Of a DNA stretch of 64,000 nt, positions 16,971 through 26,809 are shown in pieces. A program made the translations under genes and the position numbers. The DNA lies in assembly GCA_003225075.1 (NCBI GenBank), contig QIAP01000055.1:10909-74908 (forward strand), read 5' to 3'. This DNA comes from Acidobacteriota bacterium (GTDB lineage: Bacteria; Acidobacteriota; Terriglobia; Terriglobales; Acidobacteriaceae). Below the pieces are notes generated by a model that was not told the DNA's origin, searched no databases, and saw only the letters and a list, made by a program, of their open reading frames with translations. Within the stretch, counting starts at the first letter, position 1; every line of letters begins with the position of its first letter.

Positions 16971-18395
16971 TCACGAACCGCTTGTGTTTACGAAGCCTTC
17001 ACCGAGGTCGAGAATTTCCGTAACCAGTTCGGGCGATGCCGCCTCTGCATACAGGCGCAAAAGTGGTTCGGTGCCTGACGCGCGCAACAGTATCCAAGGT
17101 TCAGCTCCGTTACGGTTACTGGGGGCATCAAGAAAAAACTTCGCGCCATCCATACCTTCTTTTCGTATTACGCGATAGCGCCCCAGGGCTGTGGTGGAGT
17201 CGGCGCGGGCGCGCGTGACGGCGCTCTGTTTTACCTCGTCGGGAATATGCATGTCGCGGCGTCCGTAATAATGCGGCCCAAATTCGCGCTGCAAATCTGC
17301 GACTAACTGGCCCAGAGGCTTGCCTCTATCGGCCATCACATTGGCGAGCAGTAGAGAGTTGAGAATTCCGTCGCGCTCCGGCAGGTAACGGCCGTAGCCG
17401 ATTCCACCTGATTCCTCGCCGCCAATGAGGATCTCGCGTTCCATCATTAAATCAGCAATGTACTTAAAGCCGATTGGACATTCGTGCAGCTTGCGCCCGT
17501 ACTTGGCTGCAATGCGATCGAGCATGTGGGTGGTGTTGAAAGCCCGTACCACTTCACCGGGCCACTTTTTCCGTTCGAGAAGCCAATGCAACAGAATAGA
17601 GAAAATCTTGTGCGAATCGACGAAACTGCCATCTTCAGTTACGGCTCCTATACGGTCGGCGTCGCCGTCGGTAGCAAAGCCGGCGTGGCAGCCTTCTTTC
17701 ACGACAGTTTGCCGGAGCATCGCGATATGGGGAATGATCGGTTCGGGATTGATGTCCGGAAACAGCGGGTTCAGTTCCTGCCGGATAGTCACGTGCTTGA
17801 TGCCGTGATCGCCGAAAATTCGCGCTAACACGCCGCGGCCCGAACCATACATTGAGTCCACCGCGAATTTGAAATTCGCCTTGGCGATCAGCTTCAAGTC
17901 AACGAAATTGCAGATGGCTTCGATGTAGGCATTCTTGAGATCGACGTCAGCGGTTGCTGCTGCAGGTCCGTTCCTGGGCATGGCATTGGCGTGAAGCTCG
18001 TCTTCTACCTTCTTCATGATCGCCGGTGTCGCCGAGCCGCCGAACTTTCCTTTGAACTTCACCCCATTCCAATTCCATGGATTATGACTGGAAGTGATTA
18101 CCACGCCGCCGGCTGCGCCTTGCTGTTTCACGGCGAGCGAAATCGCAGGTGTGGGCGTGACATCACTGGCCAGCTTGACCGGAATGCCGCCTGCGGCAAT
18201 TACTTCGGCTGCCAGACGCGCTGCACGTTGCGAGGCAAACCGCGTGTCGTAGCCGACGATGACCCCTCGCCTGCAATCTTCATTCTTCAGAACGTAGGAA
18301 GCAATGGCCCCGGCCACGCGACGTACATTGTCGAAGGTGAAATCGTCGGCGATAATGCCGCGCCAACCGTCGGTTCCGAATTTGATTTCAGCCAT
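16971..18395 (-). CDS. Phosphomannomutase/phosphoglucomutase family protein
   Basis: Active-site loop 'ITSSHNPWNWNGVKF', metal loop 'FATDGDADR', sugar loop 'GGEESGG'. Confidence 0.9.
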   Translation of the reverse strand: MAEIKFGTDGWRGIIADDFTFDNVRRVAGAIASYVLKNEDCRRGVIVGYDTRFASQRAARLAAEVIAAGGIPVKLASDVTPTPAISLAVKQQGAAGGVVITSSHNPWNWNGVKFKGKFGGSATPAIMKKVEDELHANAMPRNGPAAATADVDLKNAYIEAICNFVDLKLIAKANFKFAVDSMYGSGRGVLARIFGDHGIKHVTIRQELNPLFPDINPEPIIPHIAMLRQTVVKEGCHAGFATDGDADRIGAVTEDGSFVDSHKIFSILLHWLLERKKWPGEVVRAFNTTHMLDRIAAKYGRKLHECPIGFKYIADLMMEREILIGGEESGGIGYGRYLPERDGILNSLLLANVMADRGKPLGQLVADLQREFGPHYYGRRDMHIPDEVKQSAVTRARADSTTALGRYRVIRKEGMDGAKFFLDAPSNRNGAEPWILLRASGTEPLLRLYAEAASPELVTEILDLGEGFVNTSGS

Positions 18396-18495
18396 AAGAG
18401 TTGGTAGCCAGTGACCGGTGATCAGCGGTCAGGAGTAACGTTGGACAGTTTTAGTGTTGCCAGCCACGGGTTACCTAATCAGTGATCGCTTGTCT

Positions 18496-19608
18496 CTAAA
18501 CCAGTTTTGAGAGTTTCTTTTCGTCCAAATACTTCACAACTTTTCCGACGTCTTGCGCGCCCTGGCGTGTGGTGATGAGCAAGGCATCATCCGTTTCCAC
18601 GACCACAAGATCGGTTACCCCAACCGCGGCGACAAATTTACCGGGAGCGTGAATGTAATTTCCCCGGGCATTCAGCTTGAAAGTTCCATTGGCAGAGATG
18701 AGATTGCCATCGGCGGGGTTGCTCTTGGCGGCATGGTGCTCGTGGAGAGCCGTCCAGGAGCCGAGATCGTTCCATCCGAAGTCCGCCGGCAGGCAAAAAA
18801 TATTGGAAGCGCGCTCACCTTTTGCGGAACGCGGCTCAAGCACTGCGTAGTCCACGCTGATGCTCTCACATTTGGGGTAGAGCCTGCGAAATGTCGTCTC
18901 GAATTTCTTCGTGCCAAAGGCCGCGGCAATTTCTTCGAGCAGGTTGGCCGTGTTGGGCAACTGCTCGCTCAGTGCGTGGGCTAAGGTTGTGGCACTCCAC
19001 AAAAACATGCCGCTGTTCCAGAAATAATTCCCTGCGCTAACGAATTCCGCTGCGCGCTGCACATCCGGCTTTTCAGTGAACCGGCGCACCCGTAACGCTT
19101 CGCCCTCGAAAGGGGAGCCTGCTTCAATGTACCCATATCCAGTTTCGGGACGAGTAGGGCGGATGCCCAACACGACGATGTTTTCGCCGGCCGAGGCAAG
19201 GTTTGCACCTTTCTTGAGTACCTCGCGATAGCGTTTCTCATCTCCGATCACGTGATCGGAGGGAAACATTCCGATCACGGCTTTGGGATCGATGCGCAAC
19301 AAGATGAATGCCGCTAGACCGATGGCAGGTGCGGTGTTGCGTCCGTCCGGCTCGGCAATAATTTGCCGCTTCGGCAATCGGGGGAGCTGCCGCGCGATGG
19401 CGCCGCGTAAATCATCATTGGTAATGACCCAGAACCGGTCAGGGGAGGCCAATGGAAGCAGGCGTGAGACCGTCTGCTGAATCATGGTGTGTTTGCCGTC
19501 GAGCGCAAGCAATTGTTTGGCGCGACGCTTGCGGCTCAGCGGCCAGAAACGGGTGCCGCGTCCGCCAGCGAGGATTACGGGATAAAAGTTAGTCTTTTTG
19601 TTGGACAC
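18496..19608 (-). CDS. Mannose-1-phosphate guanylyltransferase (no PMI domain)
   Basis: 'YPVILAGGRGTRFWPLSR' nucleotidyltransferase motif. Length 370 aa, ManC/CpsB N-terminal type. Confidence 0.88.
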   Translation of the reverse strand: MSNKKTNFYPVILAGGRGTRFWPLSRKRRAKQLLALDGKHTMIQQTVSRLLPLASPDRFWVITNDDLRGAIARQLPRLPKRQIIAEPDGRNTAPAIGLAAFILLRIDPKAVIGMFPSDHVIGDEKRYREVLKKGANLASAGENIVVLGIRPTRPETGYGYIEAGSPFEGEALRVRRFTEKPDVQRAAEFVSAGNYFWNSGMFLWSATTLAHALSEQLPNTANLLEEIAAAFGTKKFETTFRRLYPKCESISVDYAVLEPRSAKGERASNIFCLPADFGWNDLGSWTALHEHHAAKSNPADGNLISANGTFKLNARGNYIHAPGKFVAAVGVTDLVVVETDDALLITTRQGAQDVGKVVKYLDEKKLSKLV

Positions 19609-19634
19609 GAATTCACAAGTGTGAAGGCGGAAGC

Positions 19635-20636
19635 CTACAGCTTAGTTACGGGTTCGGGTAACGATTCGCCGGGCACATACGCCTTCAAAAATTCTACCGT
19701 CCATTGCGGGCGCACACTGAATTCGCCAACGCTCGCGGGAACTATGACGGCATCACCCTTGGCCAGAGTGACGGGTTCCATGCCAGGCGCCTCAACCACA
19801 CCGCACCCTTCAACGGCCACCATAATCTGCACAGAATCTTTGCCGGATTTATCCCTGGTACGAAAGTTTTTAGACTCTTTCAACTCGAACGTGTCTACGA
19901 CAAAATAGGGAGCCGCCACGAGCGACTCTTGACGATTGTTTTGGCCATTCACTTTTCCGGGCGCTGGGCGCAGGACTTTTCCAGACGCGGTCCTCTCCTT
20001 GACTGCGGCCAAGCCCTCCTTAAGATGCAATTCACGCGGCCTGCCGTAATCGTAAAGTCTGTACGTCGTGTCCGATTGCTGCTGTGTTTCCACCAGGATG
20101 GATCCTGGTCCCAACGTGTGAACAGTTCCTCCGGCAACGTAGATCATATCGCCCGAAGAAATGTTGATCCAGTTCAGCAGATCCTCGGCGCGTTTGCTGT
20201 GAATCGCCTGCTCCAGTTGCAATCGGGAGACACCCGGCTTCAAACCCAACGCAATTTGGGCTCCGGGCTGGGCGCTGGCCACATACCAGCATTCGGTTTT
20301 TCCCCAAGGCTGGCCCACTTGCCGCGCCATCTCATCATCGGGATGCACCTGGACGGAAAGCTTCTCTTCGGGAAACAAAAATTTCAGAAGTAACGGAAAA
20401 CGTTTGGGGTCGCGCGCCGCGGAGCCTACTAATTCGCGTCCGAAGCGAGTACTAAGTTGTGCCAGCGACTGCCCCGCGAGCGGCCCGTTATTCACCTTGC
20501 AATCATCTCCCGTGAGCCAAGCCTCGCCGATCTTTTCCTGACATTTATAGTTCGGGTAAATGGGCGAAAGATCCATCGTGCCCCAAGGGCGAGGGTCGAA
20601 CGCCGGCAGCATCAGCAGTGGGTACAATTCAGTCAT
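19635..20636 (-). CDS. Class I mannose-6-phosphate isomerase
   Basis: 'ELYPLLMLPAFDPRPWG', 'LSVQVHPDD', 'ECWYV'. The ATG at 20636 is preferred over 20693 because homologues start near 'LYPL'. Confidence 0.85.
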   Translation of the reverse strand: MTELYPLLMLPAFDPRPWGTMDLSPIYPNYKCQEKIGEAWLTGDDCKVNNGPLAGQSLAQLSTRFGRELVGSAARDPKRFPLLLKFLFPEEKLSVQVHPDDEMARQVGQPWGKTECWYVASAQPGAQIALGLKPGVSRLQLEQAIHSKRAEDLLNWINISSGDMIYVAGGTVHTLGPGSILVETQQQSDTTYRLYDYGRPRELHLKEGLAAVKERTASGKVLRPAPGKVNGQNNRQESLVAAPYFVVDTFELKESKNFRTRDKSGKDSVQIMVAVEGCGVVEAPGMEPVTLAKGDAVIVPASVGEFSVRPQWTVEFLKAYVPGESLPEPVTKL

Positions 20637-20795
20637 TTGTCTGCGCAGCAGAGAAAAGAATGCCGGACGACCGCCTGGACATGACGCGGCCATTCCAGCC
20701 TCAACATTAGAAGCTTAACTCAGGCTGAGGGGCTGCCTGCTTAGAAAAACAGAATTGAGAACTCACAAGCTGCAAGATCCTGCTTATCGGCCATC

Positions 20796-22001
20796 CTATA
20801 AGTTTGCAAAAAACTTCCTCATGCGCCCCAGTCCCCGGTCGAGTTCAGCGATGGAGGTAGCATAGGAAACACGAATGTGTTCGCGAGTCCCAAAGCCTTC
20901 GCCCGGAACCGTGGCAACGTGCGCTTCGCGAAGCAGTTTGCCGGCCACATCCGCCGCTGATTCCACACCGCCGCGACTAAAAAGAGCCGAAACATTGGGA
21001 TAGGTGTAGAAGGCCCCCTGGGGGTTGGTGCACTTGATCCCGGGGAGGGAACGAAGCCCCTTAACCACGTGGTCCCGCAGATTGATGTACTCCAACCTCA
21101 TGTCTTCCACACATTGCTGAGGTCCTTTCAAAGCCGCGACGGCCGCCTTCTGTACGATCGAGGTCGGGTTGGAAGTAGATTGGCTTTGGAGTTTCTGCAT
21201 CGCACCAATCACCGCCGCCGGCCCGAGTGCGTAGCCCAGCCTCCAGCCCGTCATCGCATAAGTCTTGGAAAGGGATCCCACGACAATCATGCGGTCGCGA
21301 TATTCGCGCAGTGAGCCCACCGAGAAGCGTTTTCCGGTGTAGTTGAGATAGACGTAGCATTCATCGGAGATTACCCAAATACCGCGCTGGGCAGCCATTC
21401 TCACAACTTCAGACATGTCCTCCGGGCTCATTACTGCGCCAGACGGGTTCGACGGGGAATTCAGAATGATGAGCTTGGTACGCGAGGTGATCGCCCGTTC
21501 CACCATGTCGACGGTGACGGCAAAGTCCTTGTCTTCGTCAGTGTGCAGCAGAACGCAATTGCCTCCCGCGTAGCGAACAATATCCTTGAACGATACCCAG
21601 TACGGCACGGGCAGAATGACCTCGTCACCGTGATCGACCAGCACTTGAATTGCATTGAACAGCGCGTGCTTGCCGCCGGTGGATGCGATCGACTCTTCGC
21701 GGCGATAGTCGGAATCGAAATCCACGGCATGGCGATGCACAATGGAGTCGCGCAGTTCGGGAGTGCCGCCGACCGCGGTGTACTTGGTGAAGTTCGCCTG
21801 AATGGCGGCGATGGCGGCGTCTTTGATGTGTTGCGGGGTCGCGAAATGCGGCTCCCCGGCGCCGAAATCAACGACGTCGATGCCCTGGCTCCGCAGCCTA
21901 TCGGCCTCAGCCACTACTGCCATGGTGGCGGAGGGCTCGATGCGGTTGATGCGTTCGGTCAATCTGATTGCCTGGGTCATGTCCGTGGTCGCTGTCGTCA
22001 T
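20796..22001 (-). CDS. PLP-dependent aminotransferase, class I (aspartate aminotransferase-like)
   Basis: 'NSPSNPSG' and the PLP-lysine motif 'SLSKTYAMTGWRLGYA'. Confidence 0.88.
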   Translation of the reverse strand: MTTATTDMTQAIRLTERINRIEPSATMAVVAEADRLRSQGIDVVDFGAGEPHFATPQHIKDAAIAAIQANFTKYTAVGGTPELRDSIVHRHAVDFDSDYRREESIASTGGKHALFNAIQVLVDHGDEVILPVPYWVSFKDIVRYAGGNCVLLHTDEDKDFAVTVDMVERAITSRTKLIILNSPSNPSGAVMSPEDMSEVVRMAAQRGIWVISDECYVYLNYTGKRFSVGSLREYRDRMIVVGSLSKTYAMTGWRLGYALGPAAVIGAMQKLQSQSTSNPTSIVQKAAVAALKGPQQCVEDMRLEYINLRDHVVKGLRSLPGIKCTNPQGAFYTYPNVSALFSRGGVESAADVAGKLLREAHVATVPGEGFGTREHIRVSYATSIAELDRGLGRMRKFFANL

Positions 22002-22528
22002 TTTTTCCTTCCCCTCGTTTTAGTGGTTGGTTGGAACTTGATAGCCGGGTCCAGCTTTGCCCGGAGCCTCTGCTCCACACTTTCCGGTACAAGGCCTTTG
22101 ATGGAGCCTCCCAATTGCGCGATTTCCCGTACCAGGCGCGAACTGAGATACGAATAAGCTTCGGCCGGCATCATGAATACGGTTTCGAGACGCGGTTCCA
22201 GCTTGCGATTCATTAAAGCCATCTGCAGTTCGTATTCGTAATCGCTAATGGCCCGAATACCTCGCAGAACAGCCGTTGCCTTGACCTTAACAGCATAATC
22301 CACCATCAGGCCTTCGAAGGTGTCTACCTGCACGTTGTCCCAGCGCTCAGTCATGGATTCCAGCATCTCACGACGCTCTCCCAGGCTAAACAGCGGATCC
22401 TTTTCTGGATTGCGCAGGATAGCAACTATCAGTTCGTCAAAAATCTTACTGCCGCGCTCGATGAGATCAAGATGGCCGTTGGTCAGGGGATCGAATGAGC
22501 CGGGATAGATCGCAATGACTTTCTTCAA
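21998..22528 (-). CDS. coaD: Pantetheine-phosphate adenylyltransferase
   Basis: 'AIYPGSFDPLTNGHLDLIERG' (T/HxGH motif). It has a ~17-aa basic C-terminal extension. A 4-nt overlap links it to the downstream aminotransferase. Confidence 0.92.
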   Translation of the reverse strand: MKKVIAIYPGSFDPLTNGHLDLIERGSKIFDELIVAILRNPEKDPLFSLGERREMLESMTERWDNVQVDTFEGLMVDYAVKVKATAVLRGIRAISDYEYELQMALMNRKLEPRLETVFMMPAEAYSYLSSRLVREIAQLGGSIKGLVPESVEQRLRAKLDPAIKFQPTTKTRGRKK

Positions 22529-22733
22529 TATGCCTCGCAGGCCGTCAGGATCGGAAAGGAGATTCTATTCGGGGGGGAAAGTCATGGCAATCGTTGTTTG
22601 CTGTGTCTGCCGATTTAGTAAGGAGCGCCAGGAGGGGGCCAGGACGAAGACTGGCCAGTTTGGTATGAATGGTTGGCGCGACGCGGCCCGGCTCGAATGG
22701 ATAAAAAGAACCGGGCCGACGCAGATTTGCGCC

Positions 22734-23867
22734 CTACCGTCTCGTCGCAGGCACTTTGGCCGCGGCAGAGGCCTCGGTAGCGCTTGGCATGGTTGTGACG
22801 CGACTGCTTTGCTGTGCCGAAGCCTGCGACTGGGCGGCAGCGGCAGCCTGTGCCGCCGCTGGCGCGGGAATAAGGCCCAGCGTCTTCCGGACTTCGGCGT
22901 CAAGCTTCGCCAAAGTCTCCTTGTTTTCTTTCAAAAACTGGCGGGCATTCTCGCGGCCTTGGCCGATGCGTTCGCCTTTGTAGCTGAACCAGGCACCTGA
23001 TTTCTCCAGCAGTCCATGGTTCACAGCCACGTCGAGGAGATCTCCTTCCCGTGAGATGCCCTCGCCATACATGATGTCGAACTCAGCCTCGCGGAACGGT
23101 GCCGCAACTTTGTTCTTGACGACTTTTACTTTGGTGCGTGAACCGGTGACCACGTCGCCTTCCTTGATCGCGGCAATGCGCCGGATATCAATGCGCACGG
23201 AAGAATAAAACTTCAGCGCGCGGCCGCCGGTCGTAGTCTCGGGATTGCCGAACATCACACCGATTTTTTCGCGAATCTGATTGATAAATATCAGGCAAGT
23301 CCGCGATTTCGAGACAATCCCAGTCAATTTACGTAGAGCCTGGGACATCAGGCGGGCCTGCAGGCCCATATGACTGTCGCCCATTTCGCCGTCGAGTTCA
23401 GCCTTGGGGACAAGGGCGGCGACTGAATCCACGACCAGCACGTCAATCGCGCCGGAGCGCACCAGCGCCTCGGCAATTTCGAGGGCCTGCTCACCGTAGT
23501 CGGGCTGTGATACCAGCAAGTTGTCGACGTCCACACCCAGCTTCTTAGCGTAGCCTGGATCGAGAGCATGCTCGGCGTCTACAAACGCCGCCAGTCCGCC
23601 TTGAGCCTGGGCCTGCGCGATCACTTGAAGCGCAATCGTTGTCTTGCCTGAAGATTCGGGCCCGAAGATTTCGACCACGCGCCCGCGGGGCACGCCACCC
23701 ACGCCCAGTGCCGCATCGAATGAAATTGCGCCGGTGGAGATCACAGCGATAGGGACGATCGCTTCCTTCGATCCCAACCGCATAATGGAGCCTTTGCCAA
23801 ACTGCTTTTCGATCTGAGCGAAAGCTAGATCAATTGCCTTGGTACGTTCTGCGCGGTCGTCCGCCAT
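22734..23867 (-). CDS. recA: Recombinase RecA with Ala/Gln/Ser-rich C-terminal extension
   Basis: '[18 protein letters not shown]', Walker A 'GPESSGKTT', '[10 protein letters not shown]'. The tail reads '[22 protein letters not shown]...[10 protein letters not shown]'. Confidence 0.97.
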   Translation of the reverse strand: MADDRAERTKAIDLAFAQIEKQFGKGSIMRLGSKEAIVPIAVISTGAISFDAALGVGGVPRGRVVEIFGPESSGKTTIALQVIAQAQAQGGLAAFVDAEHALDPGYAKKLGVDVDNLLVSQPDYGEQALEIAEALVRSGAIDVLVVDSVAALVPKAELDGEMGDSHMGLQARLMSQALRKLTGIVSKSRTCLIFINQIREKIGVMFGNPETTTGGRALKFYSSVRIDIRRIAAIKEGDVVTGSRTKVKVVKNKVAAPFREAEFDIMYGEGISREGDLLDVAVNHGLLEKSGAWFSYKGERIGQGRENARQFLKENKETLAKLDAEVRKTLGLIPAPAAAQAAAAAQSQASAQQSSRVTTMPSATEASAAAKVPATRR

Positions 23868-24018
23868 GAGTGCTGCTCCTTTAAGATTACAGGATGATTT
23901 GCAGCGGATTATACACCGAGGCTGAAGCGAATAAAAGGCGAATCTTCAGGGAATCGTTGGAAATGTTCCCGAAAGCGAACCGTTTGAGGAGCTGGCCACC
24001 CAGCCTCGCTTGATGTGC

Positions 24019-25632
24019 TTATCTTTTGAGCAAATCCACAGGTTCTCTCACATCATGCACCCGAAAGTATTTGGCCAGCGCCGGGTACTTCCGCGCTACC
24101 GCTTCGTACATCGCATACGCTACCCGACGATAGGAAGTGTGTCCCGCCGGCGTAGTCCGCAGTTCAGCGATGTACACCGCCTCGGCGAAATCCATTTTGA
24201 ACAGTGTCCGTTTGCGAAATCCCAGCGGGATAGCATATTGCGATTGGCCTTCGGCTTCGGGCGCGGAGCGACGCGCAAGCGTCTCGACGGTATCCGCGGT
24301 TCGCTTCATTGCCGCGTCATAACTATCGCGGACACCGGCCGACTCGAGTTCCTCGGGCGTGTCGTAGCCGTGCTGGGTGGTGAATTCCTGTCCGATTTGG
24401 ATGCAGCGCCGGTGGCGGTGCATGTCGCGGAAGCCGCCGATATCCATGAGTATGTCGAAACGGAATTGCTGCCCGGCGCAGAAGGCCCGCAGCATCTCGT
24501 CATGCTTGCCCCGGTGGCGCAGGCCGCTATCGATAATCTCTTGCCGCAGTTTCTGGCTGGCAGCGCCAACCGTTTGTCTGATCTGGCGGTACGGATAATG
24601 GCAGTGCTCGTAAAGCAGCGTGGTCGCCAGCTCTAATTCCAGCGATTCATCGTCCAGCAAATCCACCAGCCCCGCCGGCTCGATTGATGAGCCACGCATC
24701 AACTCGGCTGCCGCCTGCCGCAGTTCGCGGCGAGTTTCAATTTCGTAGGAATTCGGGTCGGCGTACTTTACTAATGTCGGCGCGGCGCAGACTTCGCGCA
24801 GCAGTTCCTGTTCCGCGCGAGCTCCGAGCTCAGGGCTCAAATTGCGAATTTCACCCACCAGAGCCAACATCGCGGCTTGATTCATGTCAAAGGCCGGGGA
24901 AGTGGCGGCACGCTTCAACAAGTCGCCCAAGGTGCGGACTTCCTGATGGGTATGCGAGAGCAGTCGTGAAACCTGGGTCTCGAGCGTCCGAGCATTGACA
25001 ATTTGGCCCAATGACGTGTTGGTAGCCAAGGGCAGCAGATACCTGGAGATGTCGAATGCCCGCGCCCGTAGCGTGCGCTCATAGGCATCCCGCTTCATAT
25101 CGGCAGGCTTGGGTGTGATCTCCCCAAGATAGCGAGCCATGCGCTCAGAAAGCGCTTCATACACCGAAAACAGGCCGTCGATGGTCTCGCAATACAGGTT
25201 GCGCGCCTGCTCATCCGTGCCGAAATCCGGCGTGTGGAAGCCGCTCTTCTTGAAATCCTGGTAGCGAGTTGAACGTTCCTGGCCGTCCCATCGTTGCTCG
25301 TCTGCTACGGCAATGGCGGCGAGTATGGACAGACGCTCAATGGCCAGGGCGATGTGCGCTAAATCCGCAATCGAACGGTGGCCATATTGGAAGTAAAAGG
25401 TGTTAAGGAATTTCTCTGCCTTCTGGCGATTAATCTCGCGCAGCGATTCCTTCATCGAGAGCGCTGAGCGCGAATACTTAGCTATGGCGTACGCTTGGAC
25501 TTCGGGCTCAACGCCATAGACCGCGTACACCTCAACCGATGGGGCTGCGGCGGGAGAGCCATTCTTGATGGCGGGCTCAGGCTTGCTGGTTTGGTCAAGC
25601 TTGACTGCGTCAGACATTGCCGTATGGGTCAT
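24019..25632 (-). CDS. Tandem-domain ThyX-like (Thy1 family, FAD-dependent thymidylate synthase-like) protein
   Basis: Two ThyX-like halves. The N-half reads 'GHRSIADLAHIALAIERLSILAAIAVADEQRWDGQERSTRY'. The C-half reads 'FRFDILMDIGGFRDMHRHRRCIQIGQEF' and 'AELRTTPAGHTSYRRVAYAMYE'. Compare T. maritima ThyX 'GHETPFEH...[21 protein letters not shown]'. Confidence 0.6.
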   Translation of the reverse strand: MTHTAMSDAVKLDQTSKPEPAIKNGSPAAAPSVEVYAVYGVEPEVQAYAIAKYSRSALSMKESLREINRQKAEKFLNTFYFQYGHRSIADLAHIALAIERLSILAAIAVADEQRWDGQERSTRYQDFKKSGFHTPDFGTDEQARNLYCETIDGLFSVYEALSERMARYLGEITPKPADMKRDAYERTLRARAFDISRYLLPLATNTSLGQIVNARTLETQVSRLLSHTHQEVRTLGDLLKRAATSPAFDMNQAAMLALVGEIRNLSPELGARAEQELLREVCAAPTLVKYADPNSYEIETRRELRQAAAELMRGSSIEPAGLVDLLDDESLELELATTLLYEHCHYPYRQIRQTVGAASQKLRQEIIDSGLRHRGKHDEMLRAFCAGQQFRFDILMDIGGFRDMHRHRRCIQIGQEFTTQHGYDTPEELESAGVRDSYDAAMKRTADTVETLARRSAPEAEGQSQYAIPLGFRKRTLFKMDFAEAVYIAELRTTPAGHTSYRRVAYAMYEAVARKYPALAKYFRVHDVREPVDLLKR

Positions 25633-25902
25633 TGTCGTACAAAACTGAGGGAGACACGAATCTTACTTGCCAAAGCTGCGATTCGCAATCAGCGGGTGTG
25701 GTGTGAACACCTGGGAAAGAGTCCGCAGTTGGGAAAATGTCGTGGAAAAGGACAGGTTCGGCGATGGTTTGTGCTCCTGCATAGCCGGGACGTCTCGCCC
25801 GCCTGAGTGATTGGACGTACCCACTGGCGACAAGTTCACTTACCTTTGTCACTTTTCTTTTGGCAGGCAAATCGAATATAAAGTAAGTACCCGAAACCTC
25901 TC

Positions 25903-26763
25903 ATGAGACGTCTGGTTTTTATAGTGTTGTTAATCTCACCCTGCTGGACAGGTGTGAGTTCCGCGCAAACCCGCTTCGCTGCGGGAGCCGGCCCCACCTC
26001 GGGCGGAGTTGTGGCATCTCCGCGCCTAAGCGACGGATTCATCGCGGCTAGCATGACGATGTGGTCTGACGTTCCCCCAGTATCAGTGCTGCCTGTATCG
26101 CCGGCGCTGCCGCGCATGTCTGCGGATCTGGCGCTGCAGACTTATCACCAACGGGTAACGAGACAGTCAGCAGAACTAGCCTCTTATTCGGCCATCGCCC
26201 TGGTGAGGGTCGCGCTTCCCGACACTTCTCAGCAAGGGGAATTCGAGCTGGAGCGGCACTATGCCGCCCCTCATGACCTTCAGTTCAAGGCAGTCCGTTA
26301 CACTGGCGACGGTTTCGTGAAAAGCAACGTCATCACTCGATTATTGCAGTCGGAAGTGGACCACGTGCAAAAGGACGATCCCTCACTCACCGCCATCAGC
26401 AATGCGAATTACAAGTCTTCACACAAAGGAAGCACCGACGTCGGGGGGCGGGTGGTACATATCTATCAGGTGAAACCTCGTAAGAAGCGCCCTGGCCTCT
26501 TCAAGGGCCGCATCTATTTGGACGCGCACACCGGCAGCCTGGTACGCGCCGAGGGCAGCATCGTCAAATCACCTTCTTTTTTCGTAAAGAATATCGAATT
26601 TGTTCAGGACTATGTGGACTCAGGCTCTTTTACCTTCCCGACGCACATTCATTCAGAAGCGCGCGCCCGCTTTGTGGGACGCACGATCGTGGATGTTTAC
26701 CAGCGTGACTACCAGGTGGTGCCCACTCCTGTAGAGACAGCTCGCCAAGCACCCAGCCTATAA
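25903..26763 (+). CDS. Secreted hypothetical protein (possibly LolA/RseB-like fold)
   Basis: Signal peptide 'MRRLVFIVLLISPCWTGVSSAQ'. 'VHIYQVKPRKKRPGLFKGRIYLDAHTGSLVRAEG' resembles lipoprotein-sorting-like proteins. The fold call is weak. Confidence 0.4.
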   Translation: MRRLVFIVLLISPCWTGVSSAQTRFAAGAGPTSGGVVASPRLSDGFIAASMTMWSDVPPVSVLPVSPALPRMSADLALQTYHQRVTRQSAELASYSAIALVRVALPDTSQQGEFELERHYAAPHDLQFKAVRYTGDGFVKSNVITRLLQSEVDHVQKDDPSLTAISNANYKSSHKGSTDVGGRVVHIYQVKPRKKRPGLFKGRIYLDAHTGSLVRAEGSIVKSPSFFVKNIEFVQDYVDSGSFTFPTHIHSEARARFVGRTIVDVYQRDYQVVPTPVETARQAPSL

Positions 26764-26809
26764 CCGCGTCCGTTCCGTCTAAGATTGAACCAACTAAGAT
26801 TGAACCAGG

